A stretch of 64,000 nucleotides of DNA from Pseudomonadota bacterium (GTDB lineage: Bacteria > Pseudomonadota > Alphaproteobacteria > Micavibrionales > UBA2020), in contig JAZDGQ010000007.1 in assembly GCA_043806835.1 (NCBI GenBank), positions 2,831-66,830 on the forward strand, in the 5' to 3' direction. Positions 46,468 through 55,758 of this stretch are shown one piece after another. The position numbers and the translations under genes were made by a program. Under the pieces are notes generated by a model. That model was not told the DNA's origin. It made no database searches and worked only from the letters and a program-made list of their open reading frames with translations. Each line of letters begins with the position of its first letter. Within the stretch, counting starts at the first letter, position 1.

Positions 46468-48969
46468 ATGGACAATCACGGGCTATCACGGCAGGAAGCG
46501 GCGGCGCGGCTGAAAGCCGAGGGCGCCAACGAACTTCCCGTGGCGGGCAGGCGCACGCCGTGGAAAATCATCATCGGCGTCATCACGGAGCCGATGTTCG
46601 CGCTGCTTCTGGGCGCGGGATTCATCTATCTGCTGCTGGGAGACCTCCTGGAAGCGCTGGTGCTCCTGTGCTTCGCGATGCTCTCCGTGCTCATCACCGT
46701 GGTGCAGGAGATCCGCAGCGAGCGCGTGCTGGACGCCCTGCGGGATCTCACCAGCCCCCGCGCCCTCGTCGTCCGCGACGGCCAGCCCGTCCGCATCGCC
46801 GGGCGGGAGGTCGTCCGGGGAGACCTGCTGATTTTGAACGAGGGAGATCGCATCCCCGCCGACGCAATCGTCGTTTCCGGCAACGACATCCTGACGGACG
46901 AATCCCTGCTGACCGGAGAGTCCGTGGCGGTGCGGAAGAAGCCTTCCCAGAACGCTGCAACGGCTCCCGGCCGTCCTGGCGGCGACGACCTGCCCGCCGT
47001 CTACGCGGGAACTCTGATCGTCCGGGGCAACGGGCGCGCCGTCGTCGTCGCGACGGGAGTCCGCAGCGAGATCGGAAAGATCGGGCAGGCGCTGTCCACC
47101 ATCGAAACGGAACAGCCCCGCCTGCGGGAGCAGACGCGCCATATCGTGCGCGTCTTCGCGACGGGCGCGCTCGTACTCAGCACCGCCCTCGTGCTTATCA
47201 ACGGTCTCCTGCACGGGAACTGGCTTTCGGCTTTCCTGGGAGGCATCGCGCTCGGCATGTCCCTCCTGCCCGAGGAATTCCCCCTCGTCCTGTCCGTCTT
47301 CATGGTCATGGGGGCGTGGCGCATATCGAAGGCGCGTGTCCTGACGCGCCGCGCCGCCGCCATCGAGACGCTGGGATCGGCCACCGTCCTCTGCACGGAC
47401 AAGACCGGAACGCTGACGCAGAACAAAATGTCCATCGTCCGCCTTCAGCGGGAGGATGTTTCATGGAATGCCGGAGCCTCCGCGCCGATCCCCCCTGCCC
47501 TCGCGGAAATCGTCGCAACCGGCGTCATGGCCTGCCCGAAAGACTCGTACGACCCGATGGATATGGCCTTCGCCACCGCCCTCGCGGAAAAACAGGCGCC
47601 GGAGAAGGCGGAGCCCGTGCGTCATTACGGTCTCGGCGCGGGGCTTCTGGTCATGGCGAACGTCCATGACATCGACGGCCGGTATTCGGTTGCGGCCAAA
47701 GGCGCTCCGGAAGCCATCGGAAAAATATGCCGGTTCGACGCGGCGCAAATGGACAAGCTGCACAAAGCCGTCGCTGACATGGCGGCGCACGGCCTTCGGG
47801 TGCTGGGCGTCGCGAAGGCCGTGACGGCGGGCGACGGCTCCCTGCCGGAAACGCCAGAAGGATTCCATTTTGAATTTCTGGGGCTGGCCGGTTTCGCGGA
47901 TCCCCTGCGCCCGGCGGTGCCGGATTCCGTCCGGGAGGCGCGCGCCGCCGGAATACGAGTCATCATGATCACCGGCGACTACCCGGCGACGGCGAAAACC
48001 ATCGCGGAACAGGCTGGAATCACGGCGGAAAAAGTCGTCACGGGAGAGGCGCTCGAAAAAATGACGGAGGACGCCTTGCGCCTCGCGGTGAAGGAAACCT
48101 CCGTCTTCGCCCGCATCATGCCCGAGCAGAAGCTCCGCATCGTGAACGCGCTGAAGGCCGCAGGCGAAGTCGTGGCGATGACGGGCGACGGCGTGAACGA
48201 CGCCCCTTCCCTGAAAGCCGCGCACATCGGAATCGCCATGGGCAGCCGGGGGACGGACGTCGCCCGCGAAGCGTCCTCCATCGTCCTGCTGGACGACGAT
48301 TTCAGCTCCCTCGTCGGCACCATCCGTCTGGGGCGACGCATCTACGACAACCTGAGAAAGGCGTTCCTGTACATCATCGCCGTGCATGTCCCGATAGCGG
48401 GACTCGCCCTGATTCCGGCGGCGCTCGGCAAGCCACTGATCCTGACGCCTCTGCTGATCGCCCTGCTGGAAATGATCATCGATCCCACCTGCTCCATCGT
48501 GCTGGAGGCGGAGAGGGAAGAGAAAGACGTCATGTCCCGCCCGCCGCGCGACCCGAACGCCCGCATCCTCACCGCCCGCATTCTCGGGCTGGGAGTGACG
48601 CAAGGGGCATTGGCTCTCGTCCTGGCGGTGGGAGTATGGATTTTCGCTCAAAAACGGGGTCTTCCGGAGGCGGAAGTGCGCTCCCTCGTTTTTGCGACTC
48701 TCGTCATGATAAGCCTGGCGCTTGTCCTGGCGAGCCGTTCCTTCAGCACATCCCTCGTTTCGGCCTTCCGGAGACCCAATCCGGTTCTGTGGAAAGTCAT
48801 GGCCGCCGTCGCGGGCATCCTCGGCGTCCTGATGTTCTGGCCGCCCGCGCAGACGCTCTTCCGTTTCGGCCCCCTGCACGGCTTCGACGTGATGATCGCC
48901 GTCCTGTCCGGGGCGCTGCTGCTGGCCGCGCTGGAGATCGTCAAGTCGTTCTGGCGCGGGAGGGTTTAG
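46468..48969 (+). CDS. cation-translocating P-type ATPase (type II, Ca2+/Mg2+-like)
   Basis: Motifs TGES, LPEEFP, CTDKTGTLTQNKM, MITGDYPATA and TGDGVNDAPSLKAAHIG. Ten-TM architecture. Start ATG 46468. Confidence 0.85.
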   Translation: MDNHGLSRQEAAARLKAEGANELPVAGRRTPWKIIIGVITEPMFALLLGAGFIYLLLGDLLEALVLLCFAMLSVLITVVQEIRSERVLDALRDLTSPRALVVRDGQPVRIAGREVVRGDLLILNEGDRIPADAIVVSGNDILTDESLLTGESVAVRKKPSQNAATAPGRPGGDDLPAVYAGTLIVRGNGRAVVVATGVRSEIGKIGQALSTIETEQPRLREQTRHIVRVFATGALVLSTALVLINGLLHGNWLSAFLGGIALGMSLLPEEFPLVLSVFMVMGAWRISKARVLTRRAAAIETLGSATVLCTDKTGTLTQNKMSIVRLQREDVSWNAGASAPIPPALAEIVATGVMACPKDSYDPMDMAFATALAEKQAPEKAEPVRHYGLGAGLLVMANVHDIDGRYSVAAKGAPEAIGKICRFDAAQMDKLHKAVADMAAHGLRVLGVAKAVTAGDGSLPETPEGFHFEFLGLAGFADPLRPAVPDSVREARAAGIRVIMITGDYPATAKTIAEQAGITAEKVVTGEALEKMTEDALRLAVKETSVFARIMPEQKLRIVNALKAAGEVVAMTGDGVNDAPSLKAAHIGIAMGSRGTDVAREASSIVLLDDDFSSLVGTIRLGRRIYDNLRKAFLYIIAVHVPIAGLALIPAALGKPLILTPLLIALLEMIIDPTCSIVLEAEREEKDVMSRPPRDPNARILTARILGLGVTQGALALVLAVGVWIFAQKRGLPEAEVRSLVFATLVMISLALVLASRSFSTSLVSAFRRPNPVLWKVMAAVAGILGVLMFWPPAQTLFRFGPLHGFDVMIAVLSGALLLAALEIVKSFWRGRV

Positions 48970-49412
48970 AGATTACGGCACAAGGCGTACCCCTGAATCC
49001 AGCCGCTGTCGCCGTCGGCGTAATGCTCCTGCTTCCAGATCGGGGCGCACTGTTTGATCTCCTCGATCAGGGCGCGGCAGGCCTCGAAACTTTCCGCGCG
49101 GTGCGGCGTGCTGACGGCGATCACGACGCTGACGCCGCCGGCCTCCAGACGCCCCCTGAAATGGGTCACGCTGATGTTTATTTCCCCGCCGTGGGCGGCG
49201 CGGACTTTTTCGCATAACTGCCGCAGGATTGTTGAAGCCAGAGGCTCGAAGACGTCATAGCTGATGCCGACGACATCCCTGCCCTGATTGCTCCGGCGCA
49301 CAACGCCGATAAAGCTGCTGACCGCCCCATGCGCGGGATCGGCCACGAAATCATGCGCCGCCGCAATGTCGATAGGCTGCTCCGTGATGCTGACGTGGAT
49401 TTTACCGGACAT
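48966..49412 (-). CDS. moaE: molybdopterin synthase catalytic subunit MoaE
   Basis: ATG 49412 is preceded by GGAGGA, which lies within the moaD 3' end. ...VIAVSTPHRAESFEACRALIEEIKQCAPIWKQEHY... Confidence 0.85.
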   Translation of the reverse strand: MSGKIHVSITEQPIDIAAAHDFVADPAHGAVSSFIGVVRRSNQGRDVVGISYDVFEPLASTILRQLCEKVRAAHGGEINISVTHFRGRLEAGGVSVVIAVSTPHRAESFEACRALIEEIKQCAPIWKQEHYADGDSGWIQGYALCRNL

Positions 49413-49414
49413 GC

Positions 49415-49666
49415 CTATCCTCCGCAAACCGGCGGCAGGATGGCGAGGCGGCTGTCTTTCGTCAGGATAGCGTCGCCGTCGATGATTTCGTCGTCGTTGG
49501 CCATCGCGGAGTCCCGGACAAGGGTTCTGTCCGGAAGGTTCAAAACGTCGGCCAGTTTTTCCTTCACTCCCGTTATCGTGATGCCTGAAGGAACGGTAAA
49601 CGTCGCGTTTTCCCCGTATTTTCTGAACGCGCCGAACAGGCGCACGGTAACGGTGATATCAGTCAT
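49415..49666 (-). CDS. moaD: molybdopterin synthase sulfur-carrier subunit MoaD
   Basis: 83 aa with a ubiquitin-like fold signature and C-terminal ...ILPPVCGG (Gly-Gly end). Confidence 0.8.
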   Translation of the reverse strand: MTDITVTVRLFGAFRKYGENATFTVPSGITITGVKEKLADVLNLPDRTLVRDSAMANDDEIIDGDAILTKDSRLAILPPVCGG

Positions 49667-50648
49667 GATGCTGCCCTCCGCGTATCATCGACAAAGCGTG
49701 CGGCAGAATGGGAAGCAAGGCTTCCATCCCCTCCCGCACGGCTTTCGGGCTGCCGGGGAGAGTCACGATCAGCGTATCGCCCATCACGCCCGCCGCGCTG
49801 CGCGACAGCCATGCCATGTCCGTCATCTGCGCTCCGTCCTTGCGGAGAAGCTCCCCGAACCCCGGCGCCATCCTGTCGCATATCTTTTCCAGCGTGTCGG
49901 GAGTCACGTCGCGCTTCGACAGACCCGTGCCTCCGGAGGTCACGACAAAATCCGGCCTGAGTTCCCTGACGATTTTTTTAAGGTGCGCCGCAAGCATATC
50001 CGCCTCGTCCGGCAGGATGACGACATCCGCGATCCGCGCGCCGAAGCGCAGGAGGATATCCTTCAACACAGTCCCGGACTTGTCTTCGTAAACGCCTTTC
50101 GCGGCGCGGTCGCTCATAACGACGATTGCAGCGTTCAGCCCTTTCAGGGGCTTTTGATCCGGCAACTGCGCCAGAAGCCAGTCCGGCACGCCCTCCGGAT
50201 TGACCCAGAGGCCGCTTTTGCCGCCTTCCTTCACCAGCAGTTTCACGTTGCCGATGCTCAGGGCGGGTTCCGTTCCCTTGACCAGATCCCAGATCGTGGC
50301 GAGCGCCGCCTGCACGGCCATGACCGCTTCCATTTCCACGCCGGTTTTGGCATGGGCGGCGACCTGCCCGTAGACCGTCACGCAATCCGGCGCTTCGGGA
50401 ACGCAGCGGACGCTGACCTGATCGAGGAGCAGGGGATGGCACAACGGAATGAATTCCGGCGTTTTCTTCGCGCCCATGATGCCCGCAATCTCGGCCAGAG
50501 CCAACACGTCGCCCTTGGGCAGCGTTTTTTCCACGATCTTTTTGAAGGCGAGCGTGCCCACCGTGATGGTGCCGGAGGCGACGGCGCGGCGGCGCGTCAC
50601 GCGCTTTCGCCCGACGTCGATCATGCGAAAAAGGGGTTCCGTCGTCAT
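49659..50648 (-). CDS. moaC: bifunctional MoaC (cyclic pyranopterin monophosphate synthase) / MoaB-Mog-like protein
   Basis: ATG 50648 with GGGAGGA SD. The N-terminal half has KGDVLALAEIAGIMGAKKTPEFIPLCHPL (MoaC). The C-terminal half has AAIVVMSDRAAKG...VVTSGGTGLSKRDVTPD (MoaB/Mog fold). Confidence 0.8.
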   Translation of the reverse strand: MTTEPLFRMIDVGRKRVTRRRAVASGTITVGTLAFKKIVEKTLPKGDVLALAEIAGIMGAKKTPEFIPLCHPLLLDQVSVRCVPEAPDCVTVYGQVAAHAKTGVEMEAVMAVQAALATIWDLVKGTEPALSIGNVKLLVKEGGKSGLWVNPEGVPDWLLAQLPDQKPLKGLNAAIVVMSDRAAKGVYEDKSGTVLKDILLRFGARIADVVILPDEADMLAAHLKKIVRELRPDFVVTSGGTGLSKRDVTPDTLEKICDRMAPGFGELLRKDGAQMTDMAWLSRSAAGVMGDTLIVTLPGSPKAVREGMEALLPILPHALSMIRGGQHHD

Positions 50649-50650
50649 TT

Positions 50651-51640
50651 CTATCCTCCCGTCGATGCCAGATTTTGCCGCGCGCCCGTATCCCCCTCGT
50701 TCAGGAAATGCGAGATTTTCTTGACGCGCATCAGTCGCAGGACTGTTTCCTGAAGCTCCTCTTTCTGCCCGTCCTCCTGTAACAGAGGCCGCAGGGAATG
50801 ACCGCCCGTCCCGAACAGGCACAAGTGCAGGTCTCCCCGCGCCGAAACGCGCAGGCGGTTGCACACCGCGCAGAAACCTTTCGAATAAGGCGCGATGATG
50901 CCGACGCGCCCCCTGTAGCCGGAATGCGCGTATTCGACGGCTGGACCCTGCCCCTCCCCGCGCTCCAGAAGACGCCAGCCTTGCGCCGCCAGCTTTTCGC
51001 GGACGACGGCGGCAGGAACGTGATGTCTGCGGAAATAATCCGCATTGTCTCCGGTCTCCATCAGTTCGATAAATCTCAGCGAAACGGATCTGTCCGCGAT
51101 AAAGTCGAGGAACCCTTCCAGTTCGTCGTCGTTCAGCCCTTTCAGCAAAACGGCATTGATCTTGACGGCGTCGAAGCCGACGTCCAGCGCGGCCTGCACG
51201 CCTTCAACGACTTCAACCAGACGGTCATGCCCCGTGATGTCGCAGTACCTGCGGGGATCGAGAGAATCGATGCTGATATTGACCGCCCGCAGACCCGCCG
51301 CATGATAGCCCCGCGCCCTCCCGGCCAGCCCGTAACCATTGGTCGTGAAGGCAAGGCGGCGGATGCCGAGAACGCCAGCAACCATTTTTGCAATGTCGCA
51401 AAAATCCTTCCTGACCGTCGGCTCTCCCCCCGTCAGGCGGACTTTCCAGCACCCTAAGCCCGCAAAGGCTTCGACGAGGCGGCGGATCTCGGGCACGCTT
51501 AAAAAAGAATCCCCATGCGTTTTCCGGTACCCCTCCGGTAAGCAATAGCTGCAACGGAAGTTGCAGGCCTCCGTCACCGACAGGCGCAAATACGGGAAGC
51601 GACGGCCGAAGCCGTCTTCGATGTTCGTTTCCAAGTTCAC
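50651..51640 (-). CDS. moaA: GTP 3',8-cyclase MoaA (radical SAM)
   Basis: YLRLSVTEACNFRCSYCLPEG (CxxxCxxC) and C-terminal FCAVCNRLRVSARG. The ORF-track start GTG 51640 overlaps the SD-like GGGG; TTG 51634 is better spaced. Confidence 0.9.
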   Translation of the reverse strand: MNLETNIEDGFGRRFPYLRLSVTEACNFRCSYCLPEGYRKTHGDSFLSVPEIRRLVEAFAGLGCWKVRLTGGEPTVRKDFCDIAKMVAGVLGIRRLAFTTNGYGLAGRARGYHAAGLRAVNISIDSLDPRRYCDITGHDRLVEVVEGVQAALDVGFDAVKINAVLLKGLNDDELEGFLDFIADRSVSLRFIELMETGDNADYFRRHHVPAAVVREKLAAQGWRLLERGEGQGPAVEYAHSGYRGRVGIIAPYSKGFCAVCNRLRVSARGDLHLCLFGTGGHSLRPLLQEDGQKEELQETVLRLMRVKKISHFLNEGDTGARQNLASTGG

Positions 51641-51740
51641 CCCTTTTCAAAGTCGGAAGGCCGAAGCGTTTCCCCTTCGACCCCGGCTGCGCGGCCATAT
51701 CCCAGAGGAACTTAGGCTGCGCGGCTCGGAGTTTTTAGTT
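51641..51740 (-). promoter_or_regulatory. candidate Moco (molybdenum cofactor) riboswitch in the moaA leader
   Basis: The minus-strand RNA reads AAAAACUCCGAGCCGCGCAGCC...CCUCUGGGAUAUGGCC...GGUCGAAG-GGGAAACG-CUUCGGCC-UUCCGACUUUGAAAAGGGGUG. ACUCC can pair with the GGGGU that overlaps the SD and start. The layout resembles the E. coli moaA leader as I recall it. Confidence 0.6.
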
Positions 51741-51770
51741 ATGCGGCATTCAGTATGGATATTCTCCTGT

Positions 51771-52994
51771 TTAAATCAAGACGGATCGGTAGAATTGAAC
51801 AATATCCCCTGCCTTAAGCGTTGAAGCAGGCTCCGGCACGACCGCCCAGACATCCGACCTTACGAACGGGTTGACCATGAACGACGGCTGTTCCCGGATG
51901 ATGTGAATTTCATTGAATCCCCTGTCATTGTCTCGCAGCGCCGCCCGGAGGAACAGGCGCAGGCCGGATTTGTCCCGAACGTAGTCCTCCGCAAGAACGC
52001 CGTGCTCCGGACGTTCGGGCGGCAAGCCCTGCATCGCCCGCAGCAGGGGGCAGACGAAAAACCGCAAGCACGCCGCCGTCGCCGCCGGATTTCCGGGAAG
52101 CCCGAAAAAGAACGATCCTTTCGGCAATTTTGCAAACAACAGCGGCTTGCCGGGACGAACGGCGACTTTGTGAAAGAAAACCTCCACCCCCATCTCCTTC
52201 AGTGCGGCGGGCACGAAATCGTGCACGCCCATGGAAACCGCTCCGGTCGAAAGAATAATGTCGCAGCCGTCCTCCGCCGCCCTCATCAGTTTTGATTTAT
52301 AGAGCGCGGCATCGTCGGAGACCGTTCCGAAAGAGACCGGCTCCATGCCCATAGAAGGAAGTGCAGCATGAAGGTAATGCCCCGTCGAATTGTATATCTG
52401 ACCTCCCTTCAGTTTCGCTCCAAGGTCATCCACCACCTCGGAACCCGTGGAAATCAGCCCCGCCTTCGGCCTTCGCAGAACCTTTGCCGATCCGATCCCC
52501 AGCGCGGCGAGCGTCAGAACGTGACCCGCCTGCATCAGCACGCCGAAGTCCAGCACGTCGTCGCCGACGGCAAAATCGGCTCCGGCGCGACGGATATTGT
52601 CGCCCATCTGCGCCGGCTCCCGAAACAGGATGCGGCCATTATCATTCTTTTCCGTCTTTTCCACCGGAACGACGGCATCGCACCCCGGCGGCAGGGGCGC
52701 GCCCGTCATGATCTCGCAGCACTGCCTCTGTGCAAGTGCAAATTTTTCCGGTTTATCTCCTGCCGCAATATGCCCCGCCGATTTCAATGCGACGGGGGCG
52801 TTTGCGATATCCTCCGCCCTGAGCGCGAAGCCGTCCATCGCGGAATTGTCGAACGGCGGGTTGGCGACGGGCGCGCTGATCTTTTCCGCAGAGATGCGTC
52901 CGGAAATGTCGGCCAAAGGAACCGTCTCGGTTTTCAGGAGTTTCTTTTTTCCTTCCGTCCGGAGGATAACGAGAGCCGCGCCGTATGAAATCAT
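51771..52994 (-). CDS. moeA: molybdopterin molybdenumtransferase MoeA
   Basis: ATG 52994 with GGAGGG SD. Motifs PPFDNSAMDGFALRAED, IILSTGAVSMGVHDF and FFGLPGNPAATAACLRFFV. Confidence 0.85.
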   Translation of the reverse strand: MISYGAALVILRTEGKKKLLKTETVPLADISGRISAEKISAPVANPPFDNSAMDGFALRAEDIANAPVALKSAGHIAAGDKPEKFALAQRQCCEIMTGAPLPPGCDAVVPVEKTEKNDNGRILFREPAQMGDNIRRAGADFAVGDDVLDFGVLMQAGHVLTLAALGIGSAKVLRRPKAGLISTGSEVVDDLGAKLKGGQIYNSTGHYLHAALPSMGMEPVSFGTVSDDAALYKSKLMRAAEDGCDIILSTGAVSMGVHDFVPAALKEMGVEVFFHKVAVRPGKPLLFAKLPKGSFFFGLPGNPAATAACLRFFVCPLLRAMQGLPPERPEHGVLAEDYVRDKSGLRLFLRAALRDNDRGFNEIHIIREQPSFMVNPFVRSDVWAVVPEPASTLKAGDIVQFYRSVLI

Positions 52995-53989
52995 GTTCCC
53001 TCCGTCATGTATTTTTGTCTCAGCTTCCGGAACGCCTCGCAGAAGATCCCCGCCCCCAGAACCCACAGCATATTTTGCGTGACAAGGGCGACGATCCCCA
53101 TGGCGACAAGGCTCCAGCGCAGTTCCGCCTGTTTCCAGCTGGGTACTGCAAGATACAGATGAAACCAGCCCGTGGCAAACAGCAACGCAGCCATCAGGAT
53201 TTTCGGGTAGGCCGGGATCAGGGGAACCGGCAGCAGCAGGGACGCGGCGGCGAGTCCCAGCAGCGCCCCGCCGATAATCATGTTCATGCGCCAGCTTTGC
53301 GCGCCGCCCTTCACATGCGCCGTCACGCCGCCCGCGCCGTGGCAGAACGGCAATCCGCCCAGCGGAGCGACAAGAATATTCCCGATGCCGATGGAACGCA
53401 GGAGGCGCGCAGGCGTGACGAGCGCAGCCTTATCGCCGAAATACCGCCGCGCCGCGTCATGCGTCCCGACGACCGAGTTGGTCAGCGTCAGCGCCAGTTG
53501 CGGAAGGACGAGCGCGAGAACGATCTTTGCGCGAACGGCATGTTCCGGCAGAGCCTCCTGCATATGCATGTCTGCGCCGGAAAATCCCCCCTGAACGCCC
53601 TTCGTCATCAGCATGATGCCCAGCGCCGCCTGCAGCCCGTGAACCAGATGCCTCGGCGCCATCGCCGCGAGCCGGTCGGCGCGGCAAAAAGAAAGAGCCA
53701 GGCAGGCGACGCCCACGGCAAAACCGCTCCAGCCGATTTCCGCCGCACCGGCTCCCAGCGCCAGCGCCGACACGACAACCGACTTCAGGGGCTGGACGGA
53801 CATCGGCACGCGGAAAACAAATCCGGCGGAGATATAAGCCGCGCCGGCGGTCGCCAGCAGCATTGCGCCGTTCATGCCCGTCTGAATCGCCAGCGCCGCA
53901 AGCAATGGAAACAATATCGCGCCGTCCGCGAACGCGCCGGTCAGATCGCCCGCAAGAGGGCTTTTCGGAGATGACACCTTTTTCTTCAT
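52991..53989 (-). CDS. putative molybdate/sulfate transporter (MOT1-like membrane protein)
   Basis: ATG 53989 (MKKKVSSPKSPLAGDLTGAFADGAILFPLL...). Polytopic and Gly/Ala-rich. ATGA overlap with moeA. Family assignment is from memory of 'putative sulfate/molybdate transporter' proteins. Confidence 0.6.
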   Translation of the reverse strand: MKKKVSSPKSPLAGDLTGAFADGAILFPLLAALAIQTGMNGAMLLATAGAAYISAGFVFRVPMSVQPLKSVVVSALALGAGAAEIGWSGFAVGVACLALSFCRADRLAAMAPRHLVHGLQAALGIMLMTKGVQGGFSGADMHMQEALPEHAVRAKIVLALVLPQLALTLTNSVVGTHDAARRYFGDKAALVTPARLLRSIGIGNILVAPLGGLPFCHGAGGVTAHVKGGAQSWRMNMIIGGALLGLAAASLLLPVPLIPAYPKILMAALLFATGWFHLYLAVPSWKQAELRWSLVAMGIVALVTQNMLWVLGAGIFCEAFRKLRQKYMTEGT

Positions 53990-54131
53990 GCCCCAGTATG
54001 TCACACCGGAAAAGGCGTATCCAGCGCCGCTCGATGTCCGCTCCGCATGCGGAAATAAATGAATTGTCACAGGGACGCACCCGTAATAAACTGCAACTTG
54101 CGGTGAACAAATATCAGTCAGGGCAATTAGT

Positions 54132-55388
54132 ATGGACGGCGATGCACAGACGACGTCGAACACACCCTCAGGCCGGTTTGAGGTCACTTTCGAAAAATTC
54201 GGGGAAATAGCCGGTTCGGGAGAAACGCTGAATTTCAACCTAAAGGAATCCCTGCCGGATTTTCTGGGAAAATCGGATCGTATCCCCCATTCCATCGAAA
54301 GAATCTGGCGGCGCTCCATGGATGACACGCTCTCCGAAAACCGGGGCGTTTACCATCACAAGGGCGGCGGAGAAATCCTGGTTTATTTCCACGAACTGAC
54401 TCCCGCCCTGGGCAGGGCGAAGATCGCCCTTCTCAAGGACAGGATGCTTGCGCTGCTCGGAGATGCGCAAAAAGGAAGAACGGATCCCGATCAGCCGTCA
54501 ATTGCCGAAAAAGACGCATCTCCCGACAAAAACGAACAGCAGCAACCTGCTGAAACGGCCCTCTCTCGCCTGATAAAGGAGGGTCTGGGGAACAATCCCA
54601 CCCTGGAAATGCTGACGATCTGGATGCCGCGGGTCCTGCAGAACCTGACGATCAGCACACAGAAAATTCCCCTGCTGAAGGAGATGGCCGATCTGGCGGT
54701 AAAGTCCGATATTTCCTACCAGGCTCTCTGGAACGCTTCCTCTCAGGCCGTCATCGGGTCTCTGTGCGCCGTCCGAAGCCCTGTCCCCGTCCATCAATAC
54801 GCCACAGGAGAATTGCTGCGACAGGATCTGGCGGCCCTGTTCGGCTCCTGCTTTCATCTCTATTCCATGCAGTCGAAAAACGTGCAGTCGCTGATCGTGA
54901 TCCCGATGCGCGCGACCAGCCTGAACGACAAAAATTTCGTTGAGCTGTATCTGGCGTTTCTACGCCGTCTCGATTCCAGGATCAAGAGAAACATCATTTT
55001 TGAAATAAGGAACCTTCCGAAAGACACTATCCCCGCGACGCTCAGGGCGACGATTGAAACACTCGGCTTCTCAAGCCGGGCCTGCATCTTTGAAACGGGG
55101 CTTCTTGCGTACTTCGACCACCGCAGGAATTTCCCGAAGGTTCACGCGTGCGGATTCAACGCTGCGGAAGGCAATCTTCCGGAGGATGAAAAGCTGCGGC
55201 TGATAAAAAAATACGCCGAACATTACGCCGGATTCGGCGTGAAGACGTATATCCGGTCCGTCGCCGACAAAAAAATAATGGCGGCGGCGGCACAGGCCGG
55301 ATTTGCCTATATCTCGGGGGCGATCATCGATCCCGTCCTGAAAACGCCCCAGGATGCCAAAAAACTGCCCCTCTGCGAAATCGTGTAG
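54132..55388 (+). CDS. hypothetical protein with degenerate EAL-like C-terminal domain (and a GGDEF-like remnant?)
   Basis: The C-terminal half follows the EAL-domain spacing but with substituted catalytic positions (FEIRN for EITE, IFETG for DDFGTG, RSVAD for AEGVE, ISGAII for QG..). The N-terminal KGGGEILVYF resembles GGDEF. Confidence 0.45.
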   Translation: MDGDAQTTSNTPSGRFEVTFEKFGEIAGSGETLNFNLKESLPDFLGKSDRIPHSIERIWRRSMDDTLSENRGVYHHKGGGEILVYFHELTPALGRAKIALLKDRMLALLGDAQKGRTDPDQPSIAEKDASPDKNEQQQPAETALSRLIKEGLGNNPTLEMLTIWMPRVLQNLTISTQKIPLLKEMADLAVKSDISYQALWNASSQAVIGSLCAVRSPVPVHQYATGELLRQDLAALFGSCFHLYSMQSKNVQSLIVIPMRATSLNDKNFVELYLAFLRRLDSRIKRNIIFEIRNLPKDTIPATLRATIETLGFSSRACIFETGLLAYFDHRRNFPKVHACGFNAAEGNLPEDEKLRLIKKYAEHYAGFGVKTYIRSVADKKIMAAAAQAGFAYISGAIIDPVLKTPQDAKKLPLCEIV

Positions 55389-55392
55389 GGTA

Positions 55393-55710
55393 TTATTTCC
55401 TCTTTTTCAGCTTCTTCTTGATCTCGTCCTCCGTCGCGCAGGACTGGTAGATGATCGCGGAGTAAAGGATATAGACGAACGCCGGATCAATTCCATATTT
55501 CTTTCCTGCCTTTACACAGCGATCCCGCACCTCCACCACCCTACCTTGCAAAAATGACGGGATATCGTGTGTATTTTTGATGCCGGCGACTTTTCTGACC
55601 ACACGGAAGCGTGCGCCCAATAATTTCAGAATCCGGATGTCCAGATCGTCTATCTGCTTCCGGAAAGACTTCAGGAGTTTTGCGGCGCGTTCTTGATCGC
55701 TTTCTTTCAT
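55393..55710 (-). CDS. chorismate mutase (AroQ class)
   Basis: LKSFRKQIDDLDIRILKLLGARFRVVRKVAGIK... Length 105 aa, with the all-helical AroQ pattern. Confidence 0.8.
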   Translation of the reverse strand: MKESDQERAAKLLKSFRKQIDDLDIRILKLLGARFRVVRKVAGIKNTHDIPSFLQGRVVEVRDRCVKAGKKYGIDPAFVYILYSAIIYQSCATEDEIKKKLKKRK

Positions 55711-55758
55711 GATTTATCTCTATAATAATGATCCCTGAAACAAGTGGTAGCATACACC

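Noticed and set aside
53990-54131. Possible second Moco riboswitch upstream of the MOT1-like transporter/moeA pair (contains CUGGAUACGCC and a UCCGCAUGCGGA hairpin).
   Set aside because: It lacks the CUCCGAGCC element, the GAAA-capped hairpin and the SD-sequestering pairing seen at 51641-51740. The similarity is too weak to call without a covariance-model search.
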